Shown here one piece after another: positions 1-6,331 of a stretch of 20,000 nt of DNA. The notes under the pieces were generated by a model. That model saw only the letters and a list, made by a program, of their open reading frames with translations, searched no databases and was not told the origin of the DNA. The translations under genes were made by a program, and so were the position numbers. Each line of letters opens with the position of its first letter. Position 1 is the first letter of the stretch. The stretch comes from an uncultured virus (IMG/VR IMGVR_UViG_3300042331_000187) (taxonomy: Duplodnaviria; Heunggongvirae; Uroviricota; Caudoviricetes): the IMG/VR virus record IMGVR_UViG_3300042331_000187. One strand, given 5' to 3'.

Positions 1-1552
1 GCCGCAGCCGGCCAAACAGCGTGGTCTTCACCGTGTCGGTGCCCACTTGATACAGCACCACGCCGCGCTTAATTGTCTTGCCCTTCCAGTTCACATCCTG
101 CGGCGTCCCCTTGTTGACGGGCTGCTGACTGCGGCGGCTGCTGCCCTTGATCGCCACCACGTATCGATCTCGGCGCTCCCTGGCGTACTGGTACACCTCA
201 TGGGTTGCGTGGCCGCCTGAGTCGATCGCCACTTGCGCCAGCCTGAGCTCTCCGCCACCCTCCACAGGCCAGGCAGTGTCCAGCACGGCATCAAGCTGAT
301 CCCATACCTTGGACTGCGTAGGGTCGCCCATGATCTCTTGGTGCCACACCAGCCACGCCTCTTCACCGGCGCCCCAGCCCCACACGCTCACCGCTAAACG
401 GTTGTCCTGCACGTCCACGCCAGCAGTCAGCAGCAACACGCCAGCAGGGCAGTGCCCCGGTGGGTATTCCTCGCGGCGTGCAGCCAGCCCTGTGGCGCTC
501 AGAGCAGCGGCGTAGTCATCCTCGAACGTCTCGCCCAGCAGCGTGTTGACAAAGGTCTGCAGCTGCGTGCGGTCGCTCTTCACCTCCAAGAACTCCTGAA
601 CCAGCTGGGCCCAGCTGGCGTTCGGGCTGTAGCTGTAGGCCGCCCAGATATGGAATCCCGCCAGCCCAGGACGCTTGCTTTCCGCTGTGGCCCGCCACTC
701 ACCCCGCTCCACCATCCATCGCTTCTTGCTGTGCGGGATCAGCTGCTGGCAGTTCTCGCATTCGTAGGCCGCCGTTTCCGGTAGCCCGTTGCCGTCGGCA
801 TCCTTCTCCCACTTCATCTGAGTCCACCGCAGCACCTGGTAGTGGTCACAGTGCGGGCAGGGCACGAAATACCGCCGCTGATCCGACAGCTCAAACCACT
901 TCTCGATTCGGCTAAACCCTTTCAGGGTTGGCGTGCTGATCAGCCCAATCTTTCGATTCCAAAAATACTCCGATCGCTTAATGCCCAGCTTGATCTGATC
1001 GCCCTCGGGCGTGCTGGCCGGATATCCGTCCACCTCATCGAACAGCACAATGCGCCGGCTGACGCGGCGAAACCCCCTAGCGCTGTTGGCCCCCACCATC
1101 TGCAGCGCGGCGCCGTTCTTGAACTGCTTTAGCAGGATGGTGTTGCTGCCGTCTTTCTGTTTCGGGTCAACGATCAGCGGCTGCAATACAGGCGTATCGC
1201 GCAGCATCGGGGCAACCTCATCCTTGCTGTAGCCCTCGGCGTCCTCCACCGTTGGCTGCACGATCATCACCGGGCAGGGGTCCTGGTGCGTGTGGTAGCC
1301 GATCACATGGTTGAAGATCTTGGTGGCGCCCACCCGCGCCGATTTCTGCCAGACCACCATCTCCACGGTTGGATCGGTAAACGCATCCATCACCGCACGC
1401 TGATACGGCAACGAGTGCCAGCGGCCGGCCTCCGCCGAGCTCTCGGCGCTGAGCATGGCGTACTCATCGGCCCACTCGCTCAGCCTGAGTTTCCGTGGTG
1501 GCCGCCACATCGCCGCACCGGCCCGCAGCAGCGGCAGATCGATCGCGCTCAC
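1..1552 (-). CDS. terL: Terminase large subunit, lambda GpA family (3' end truncated by the window edge; absent from the ORF track)
   Basis: Hand translation from GTG at 1552, which overlaps the terS stop, gives MSAIDLPLL...SEWADEY...GRWHSLPYQ...KSARVGATK (GpA-type Walker A)...IVLFDEVDGY (Walker B)...ISTPT...SDQRRYFVPCPHC...LTAGVDVQ...AIDSGGH. The frame stays open to position 1. Confidence 0.96.
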   Translation of the reverse strand, partial: MSAIDLPLLRAGAAMWRPPRKLRLSEWADEYAMLSAESSAEAGRWHSLPYQRAVMDAFTDPTVEMVVWQKSARVGATKIFNHVIGYHTHQDPCPVMIVQPTVEDAEGYSKDEVAPMLRDTPVLQPLIVDPKQKDGSNTILLKQFKNGAALQMVGANSARGFRRVSRRIVLFDEVDGYPASTPEGDQIKLGIKRSEYFWNRKIGLISTPTLKGFSRIEKWFELSDQRRYFVPCPHCDHYQVLRWTQMKWEKDADGNGLPETAAYECENCQQLIPHSKKRWMVERGEWRATAESKRPGLAGFHIWAAYSYSPNASWAQLVQEFLEVKSDRTQLQTFVNTLLGETFEDDYAAALSATGLAARREEYPPGHCPAGVLLLTAGVDVQDNRLAVSVWGWGAGEEAWLVWHQEIMGDPTQSKVWDQLDAVLDTAWPVEGGGELRLAQVAIDSGGHATHEVYQYARERRDRYVVAIKGSSRRSQQPVNKGTPQDVNWKGKTIKRGVVLYQVGTDTVKTTLFGRLR

Positions 1553-2157
1553 AGCTGCACCTGCGCAGGGCAGCCGGCATCCTCCGCCAGCCCTTCCATC
1601 GCGTCCCTGATCAGGGCATCAATGATCTCCGCTTCCTCTGCGGTCAGGTGCGGGATGCGCTGGCGGCACGCTGTCCTGACGCCCAACAACTTGGTCTTGG
1701 CGCTGTTGATCAGCTGGGCCCAAGTGTTCACCACGCTTTCACGCTCCACTAACTGGCCCTCTTTCTGCCGGCGCTCGATCTCCAGCAGCAGGCTCTTTTC
1801 GTATTCCGTCTTTGCTCGGCTTTCGTTGTAGTCCGGCACCTCGGCATTGGTGGTGCGCGGACGATCAGCTGGGCGATGCTGCTGTGGAGCGCGCTCAGCT
1901 GCTGAGACCAAAGCCGGCTTTGAGCGCCTGCTACGGGCGGCTACACGGCCGGCCTCCTTGCCACCGCCACCAGCGCGAGGCCTGACCTTGGCCGCGTACT
2001 CCTCGGTGAACGACGCCGCATCCTTGACGCCGATCGCCCTGCCATTTGGATCGCGCACCACGCAATCAGTCAATACCCCCCGTTTCACGAGGTCGCAGAC
2101 CGCTTGCCGAGATTTCCCGACAATCGCCGCAGCTGCCGACCAATTCAGTGGATCCAT
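1549..2157 (-). CDS. terS: Terminase small subunit (Nu1-like)
   Basis: N-terminal HTH (AAAIVGKSRQAVCDLVKRG) and a coiled coil DYNESRAKTEYEKSLLLEIERRQKEGQLVERESV typical of Nu1-like proteins. Its stop overlaps the terL start (GTGA). Confidence 0.9.
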   Translation of the reverse strand: MDPLNWSAAAAIVGKSRQAVCDLVKRGVLTDCVVRDPNGRAIGVKDAASFTEEYAAKVRPRAGGGGKEAGRVAARSRRSKPALVSAAERAPQQHRPADRPRTTNAEVPDYNESRAKTEYEKSLLLEIERRQKEGQLVERESVVNTWAQLINSAKTKLLGVRTACRQRIPHLTAEEAEIIDALIRDAMEGLAEDAGCPAQVQL

Positions 2158-2400
2158 GCAAGAAATCTACGCAAGATTGGCGCTGATCTTGCGCAAGTGC
2201 ATAGCAGGCAGCGACCAGCCGGGGGAGGATTCTCAATAGTGGCAAGAATTGTTTGGCCTGATACCAAGCCAAACCGAACGCGGCGGAACCTAACCGCTTG
2301 GCTTAGGCGCCAGGAGGACCCGCAATCCCTTGGTATAACTAGGTTTCTCAATAAACCGGCTTGCTGACTCTCAACTAGCTGCCCGGCTGATTCTCAATAG
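2158..2400 (-). other. Candidate cos (packaging) region with cosQ-like, cosN-like and repeat elements
   Basis: Non-coding, directly upstream of terS. On the minus strand GGGTCCT (2321-2315, identical to lambda cosQ) is followed after 23 nt by the 12-mer AGGTTCCGCCGC (2291-2280). GCAAGA repeats lie toward terS, and TTCTCAATA repeats lie at 2230, 2345 and 2391. Confidence 0.65.
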
Positions 2401-2404
2401 CGCT

Positions 2405-3151
2405 TCATCTGAACCCCGCCCTCGTCAGCTCAGCCCTGAGCTGCGCCGTGATCTCCCCAGGCCACACCACCTGAGCCGACCGCTGCAGGTCGCCGGTGAG
2501 GTCGTAGGTGCTCTGGCGGATCTTGGGCTGTGGCTCCAGGGTGAACCGCATCTGAGTGCCTTGGAAACTGCCGTAGCGGCCACGGCCAGGCTTGCCGGTC
2601 CGCTCAAAGATCCCCATGCGCCCCGCCGGGCCCTTGATCGGGATGATGAAGAACCGCCCGGCGCCCCGGTTGTACTGGCGACCGTTGCGGATGACAGAGG
2701 CGGATGCCAGCGCCTTGCTGAAGGCAGCGCGGCTCACGTTGCCCTTGCTGTCCTTGCGCTGCGCAGGCGTTGGCACGATGGTGAGCCCTGAGCCACCGGC
2801 GAGGGCGGCAGCTTTGAGGTCTACGCCCTTGGTGCGCGGCGGCCCACCACGAGTCATCGTGGAGATGTAGCGACCGGCTGCGCGGGGCCGATCCGATCGC
2901 AGGCCCACCTCGGCGTTGAGGTTGTTGGGTGATGGCCGCTGAGTGTAGGTGCCGCCGATGGTCCAGCGTGTGGCGCCGCCCTCAATGGGGCCGCCTGAGC
3001 TCTTGGCCAAGTCTTGCTTCAGCTGCTTCTCAGCAGCTCGCACAGTGGCCGCCATGGCGCGGCCTGTGGCGTAGCGGATGTTCTTCTCGGTGAGCAGGGC
3101 GAATCGATCGATTGCCTTGGTGTCGATTGTCAGCTTCAGCTCCAACATCAC
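2405..3151 (-). CDS. Basic phage protein, probable neck/tail-completion (gpZ/Ne1-like) protein
   Basis: 248-aa R/G/K-rich ORF with an N-terminal helix (NIRYATGRAMAATVRAAEKQLKQDL), RKDSKGNV and GIFERTG segments, resembling phage neck proteins. The family call is by resemblance only. Confidence 0.55.
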   Translation of the reverse strand: MMLELKLTIDTKAIDRFALLTEKNIRYATGRAMAATVRAAEKQLKQDLAKSSGGPIEGGATRWTIGGTYTQRPSPNNLNAEVGLRSDRPRAAGRYISTMTRGGPPRTKGVDLKAAALAGGSGLTIVPTPAQRKDSKGNVSRAAFSKALASASVIRNGRQYNRGAGRFFIIPIKGPAGRMGIFERTGKPGRGRYGSFQGTQMRFTLEPQPKIRQSTYDLTGDLQRSAQVVWPGEITAQLRAELTRAGFR

Positions 3152-3378
3152 CCCTCATCCTCTCCCACTGCCAGCAGCTCCTCCAGCTCCATCCGCTGCA
3201 GCTCCAGATCAGTCGGCAGATCCCAGGCGGCGAACTCTTCAGGGTCAGCAGCGCTGACAACAGTCAGGCAGCCGATGGAATTCCACGACGACACCCAGTT
3301 AAGGATCAGCTCCTGCCACCAGGCCAGCCACGGTGTCGAGCGGTCTAGCAGGTGCCAAGGAGTGGCGGCGCGCTTCAC
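3148..3378 (-). CDS. Hypothetical phage protein (about 76 aa, Trp-rich, acidic C-terminus)
   Basis: Its stop overlaps the next start (ATGA). The likely start is GTG 3378, because the longer ORF-track version (3471) runs through a terminator. Confidence 0.6.
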   Translation of the reverse strand: MKRAATPWHLLDRSTPWLAWWQELILNWVSSWNSIGCLTVVSAADPEEFAAWDLPTDLELQRMELEELLAVGEDEG

Positions 3379-3417
3379 GGTGGCAGGGCATCTGCGCACA
3401 GTCTGCCAGCAGGCATG

Positions 3418-3446
3418 AAAAACCCCCGCCTGCCAGGGCGAGGGTT
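3418..3446 (-). terminator. Rho-independent terminator after the J-domain gene
   Basis: Minus strand AACCCTCGCC-CTGGCA-GGCGGGGGTT-TTT: a GC stem with one U-G pair followed by a T run, about 50 nt downstream of the stop at 3496. Confidence 0.75.
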
Positions 3447-3495
3447 GGGGTCCACTCGATGCGCCATGCACCGAGGGCAGTGTAGGGGATGGCCG

Positions 3496-3993
3496 TCAGG
3501 TGGCGGCCAGCTGGCGGCGCTGGGCAGGCTGCTGAGCCTCGCTAGTAAAACCCTGATAGCCGTACTTGGCGGCCAGCGTCTCCAGCCCGCCGGGGTTGCT
3601 GCGGCTCTTGCCGCACCATGCGGGCTTCCAGTACCAGCAGCTGCGGCCGGAGTGCCAGCGGCACTGCTGAGCCTTGAGCTGATCCTTGACGGGCTTGGTG
3701 TCACCCTGCACCCAGATCCAGTAGCCGATCAGGCTGATCTCCAGGTTGGGGATCTTGAGCAGTTCAGCGATCACATCCATGATCTCTTGCTCCGACTTGG
3801 CGTTGTACTTGTAGGTGCGGCCGTCGTTGGTCTTGCCGTTTTGGCCACTCAGGGCAGCGTGGTAGGCGGCATTGATCGCCTTTATGGTCTCCAGGTCGCC
3901 GCCGAGGTCGGGGTGGTGCTGGCGGGCGAGATCGCGGTAGGCGCGCTTGATTTCTTCAGGGGTGCTGAGGCCGGCGAAGTAGGTGGCGGTCAT
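3496..3993 (-). CDS. J-domain (DnaJ-like) protein with a Trp-rich C-terminal domain
   Basis: EEIKRAYRDLARQHHPDLGGD...INAAY is a J domain with an intact HPD motif. The C-terminal WIWVQGDTKPVKDQLKAQQCRWHSGRSCWYW resembles DUF5710-like domains. Confidence 0.9.
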   Translation of the reverse strand: MTATYFAGLSTPEEIKRAYRDLARQHHPDLGGDLETIKAINAAYHAALSGQNGKTNDGRTYKYNAKSEQEIMDVIAELLKIPNLEISLIGYWIWVQGDTKPVKDQLKAQQCRWHSGRSCWYWKPAWCGKSRSNPGGLETLAAKYGYQGFTSEAQQPAQRRQLAAT

Positions 3994-4099
3994 GGCTGGC
4001 TGGCGAGTGGTGGAGGGGCTTGCCTCCGATGCACATACCTTAGCGCGTGCCTTACGGTGTGGCGACCATCAGGGCGGCCAGTTCACAATCTGTCACGCT
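3994..4099 (-). promoter_or_regulatory. Repeated promoter/leader, class I copy A
   Basis: Shares CTTAGCGCGTGCCTTA (4039-4054) exactly with 5024-5039. It has a -10-like TAAGGT on the minus strand (4042-4037), an upstream GTGAC-N5-GTGAAC box and a leader hairpin GGAGG/CCTCC. Confidence 0.75.
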
Positions 4100-4304
4100 T
4101 GCGGCGCTGAGCGCGTCTGACCCGTTCGGAGTGGGCCGCCTTGCCCTCTCGCGTGGTGCGCTCCCAGCAGATGGCGCACAGGGCGCCATGGGCGCCACGG
4201 TGGACCTTGCCGCAGGCAGTGCAGCAGGGGCGCTCCACAGGCGGCAGGCGGCCGGCCTGGCGTTCCCTCCAGCGGCGCTGGTGTTCGGCATTGGTGAGGG
4301 CCAT
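4083..4304 (-). CDS. Small basic protein with Cys motifs (possible Zn-binding DNA-binding protein)
   Basis: MALTNAEHQRRWRERQ basic helix, then CTAC...CAIC. The start overlaps the upstream stop (TGATG). Confidence 0.7.
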   Translation of the reverse strand: MALTNAEHQRRWRERQAGRLPPVERPCCTACGKVHRGAHGALCAICWERTTREGKAAHSERVRRAQRRKRDRL

Positions 4305-4732
4305 CAGGCGGTTATGGGGTGGCCGCGGCGGTGAGCAGGTTGGCTGGGCTTGCGTGGGGGCTCAATGCGCATCTCTTCGACGACCGCCTTCCATGCGGCG
4401 ATGCGATCAGGCGCCATGGGCTGGCCGGCCTGCAGCGCGGCGAACTCGGCGTCCCATTGCTTGGCGTAGGCCTTGGCGCGCTCCATGTTGCCGTGGCAGC
4501 TGCCCATGGCTAGGCCGCTGTTGATGTGGGTCAAATTCCACAGGCCTTGCACCTGCTTGAAGTAGGGCTGGTCGTCGTCACCATGAAAGCCGACGGGCTT
4601 GTGGATGGCGATCCCTTTGCCGGCCCATGCCGGGGTGATTTCAATGGTGTCTTCGTAGCTGCCCCAGCGAGTGCCGGGGCCGGAAGCATGGCATCGATTG
4701 CGCTGGAAACGGAGCTTGACGTTGCGGGGCAT
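4304..4732 (-). CDS. Hypothetical phage protein (142 aa)
   Basis: Globular-looking composition, C-rich leader with a hairpin (GCCGGGG/CCCCGGC), and coupling to the downstream gene. Confidence 0.75.
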   Translation of the reverse strand: MPRNVKLRFQRNRCHASGPGTRWGSYEDTIEITPAWAGKGIAIHKPVGFHGDDDQPYFKQVQGLWNLTHINSGLAMGSCHGNMERAKAYAKQWDAEFAALQAGQPMAPDRIAAWKAVVEEMRIEPPRKPSQPAHRRGHPITA

Positions 4733-4793
4733 GGCGGGATGGATAGCGGTGGAGTGGTTGCCGGGGTGAGCCCCCGGCGGGCGTGGGTGGCTG

Positions 4794-4979
4794 TCAGGCG
4801 GCGGTGCTGAAAGTTCCGTTTTCGTAGCCGATGATGATGTAGGTACGGCGGCCGCGGGGGCGCTTGCAGGTGTAGCTGACGCGATTACGGCCGTTGAAGG
4901 TGTAGGTGCTGGCCTTGAGAACGTCGTACAGGATGCCGTCTTTGCATGTGACTTGGGGAAGGGTCGCGGAAGGGGTCAT
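4794..4979 (-). CDS. Hypothetical small phage protein (61 aa)
   Basis: ATG 4979 sits at the same position in the repeated leader (CCACTCGCC...CAGCCATG) as the J-domain start. The protein reads MTPSATLPQVTCKDGILYDVLK... Confidence 0.75.
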   Translation of the reverse strand: MTPSATLPQVTCKDGILYDVLKASTYTFNGRNRVSYTCKRPRGRRTYIIIGYENGTFSTAA

Positions 4980-5084
4980 GGCTGGCGGCGAGTGGCGGAG
5001 CGCCTCGGCTCCTGTCCCCATAGCTTAGCGCGTGCCTTATGGCCTGGGGTGGCCATGAGTGGCCGGTTAACCGATCGTCACACT
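4980..5084 (-). promoter_or_regulatory. Repeated promoter/leader, class I copy B
   Basis: Same 16-bp core as copy A, a -10-like TAAGCT (5027-5022), a GTGAC-N5-GTTAAC box at identical spacing, and a leader hairpin GGAGC/GCTCC. Confidence 0.75.
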
Positions 5085-5401
5085 TCGCCCAGCAGTTCGC
5101 GGAACTGCTCCAGGCTCATCACCACAAACTGATCGGCCGCGGCCGTGCTGCCCTTGCGCTTCACCACCAGGGCATGGAGGCGCTTGCCGGCGTTGGCCTG
5201 CTGCTCCATCGCATCGCGCAGCCAGGCGCCGAGGGACAGGGTGCGGCAGCACTTCGCCTGAATTGCGCAGCTCGGTGTCCACAGGTCGCCGCGGTCAAGG
5301 GTGGCGCCGGCAGGGATGCGCTCGCAGGGCATGCGCTCGGCCAGGTAGTCAGCGATCAGCCGCTCAAAGGCGCTGCCCTTGCGTTTCTGGGGGTTGGCCA
5401 T
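5078..5401 (-). CDS. Holliday junction resolvase, Hjc-like PD-(D/E)XK family
   Basis: KRKGSAFERLIADYL N-terminus, GDL...IQAK catalytic region and C-terminal VVMSLEQFRELL match phage Hjc-like resolvases. Confidence 0.85.
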   Translation of the reverse strand: MANPQKRKGSAFERLIADYLAERMPCERIPAGATLDRGDLWTPSCAIQAKCCRTLSLGAWLRDAMEQQANAGKRLHALVVKRKGSTAAADQFVVMSLEQFRELLGEV

Positions 5402-5404
5402 GGA

Positions 5405-5791
5405 TCAAGCGCCGAGACGTGCGGCGAGTCGCTGCAGAGCAGTCTGAGGGCAGCAGCTGCTCTCCACCTCGCTGCCGTCGGGCAGATAGATCGCGTTGCG
5501 CTGGTACGGCTCCAGCGTGAGGGGCGGGCTGTAGCTGGGGATAGGCAGCGGCGGCACCCACTCGCGGCGCCACCAGGCCACCACAACGCCACCCAGCAGC
5601 ACTGCACGCTGAGCCTCGCCGGGGTGGGCCTGCGGGTCGGTGCGGGGCAGCCAGTCGCCGAACGTGAACGGGCAGGGCCGCAGGGGCGCCGCTGCGGGGG
5701 CTGCAAGCGATGGGGCGGGTGTGGGCACCGGCGGAGTGGTCGAGGCGCCTTCCTGGGCCACGGCGGCGCGCAGCTGCTGCAAGACGTTCAC
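5405..5791 (-). CDS. Hypothetical protein (128 aa)
   Basis: Fills the space between a promoter-like element (-10 TAGGAT, 5818-5813) and the resolvase, with a 3-bp gap. Confidence 0.65.
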   Translation of the reverse strand: MNVLQQLRAAVAQEGASTTPPVPTPAPSLAAPAAAPLRPCPFTFGDWLPRTDPQAHPGEAQRAVLLGGVVVAWWRREWVPPLPIPSYSPPLTLEPYQRNAIYLPDGSEVESSCCPQTALQRLAARLGA

Positions 5792-5809
5792 GGCATGGCG
5801 GCGGGTAGG

Positions 5810-5845
5810 GGCATCCTACCGGCAGATGCACCCATCAGCACCAAA
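5810..5845 (-). promoter_or_regulatory. Promoter-like element, class II (leftward from the origin)
   Basis: Minus strand TGGTGCTGATGGGTGCATCTGCCGGTAGGAT. The 14-mer TGCTGATGGGTGCA is identical to 13620-13633 on the plus strand. Confidence 0.55.
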
Positions 5846-5873
5846 CAGCCGGATTTCGGAGGGTTGAAGTGGT

Positions 5874-6255
5874 TTTGGGACATTTGGGACATTTGGGACA
5901 GCGCTGTCCCAAAGCAGAAACCGCACTAGCACTAGCAGGTTGGCTGTGTTTTGGGACATTGGGACGCCTCTAGGGACATTTCCATCCATACCCATAGGAC
6001 TAGGTACTAATACTTAAATAAATAATAGAAAAGGTATTTTCTTAGGGGCTGTCCCAAAGTCCCAAAACCTGCCCAGATCCGTTGCGCCGCAGTCGATTTG
6101 CTCTGGGACACTTCTGTCCCAAACTGTCCCAAATGTCCCAAAAACGCTGCAGTGCCGCCCATGCCAGCACCCTCCCCAGCGCCTGAAACTGCAGCCAGGG
6201 ACAGGCCTGCCGCTACATGGGACAGCCGGGCAGCAGCTTTGGGACGTGTCCCAAA
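5874..6255. repeat. Iteron array (TTTGGGACA/TGTCCCAAA, about 17 copies) around an AT-rich core; probable replication origin
   Basis: Forward copies at 5874, 5883, 5892, 5950, 5959, 5971, 6103, 6197, 6218, 6238. Reverse copies at 5905, 6050, 6059, 6115, 6125, 6134, 6247. AT-rich tract at about 6005-6044. The array lies directly downstream of the primase-helicase gene. Confidence 0.85.
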
Positions 6256-6331
6256 AGGGCGTCAGCTCAGCTGACACCCTCAGTTGAAATGAGGGTGGCC
6301 GGGATCTCCGGCCACGGTGCAGCAGTGCGTC

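Noticed and set aside
91..1500. Short ORFs listed over the terL region (and likewise over 18.3-19.8 kb)
   Set aside because: They are alternative-frame or antisense ORFs overlapping the long terminase and glycosyltransferase frames, which the track missed because they cross the window edges.
5078..5401. Resolvase inactivated by Q in place of E in the (D/E)xK motif
   Set aside because: QxK variants occur in active PD-(D/E)XK nucleases, so this is not evidence of a pseudogene.
5874..6255. CRISPR array interpretation of the GGGACA repeats
   Set aside because: The repeats are only 7-9 bp, occur in both orientations with irregular spacing, and have no spacer-sized unique units or cas operon.
6014..6277. 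87-aa ORF with WD/FGT repeats, and the 296-aa plus-strand ORF 5039-5929
   Set aside because: The peptide repeats are just translated iterons. The long plus-strand ORF is the antisense shadow of real minus-strand genes in GC-rich DNA.
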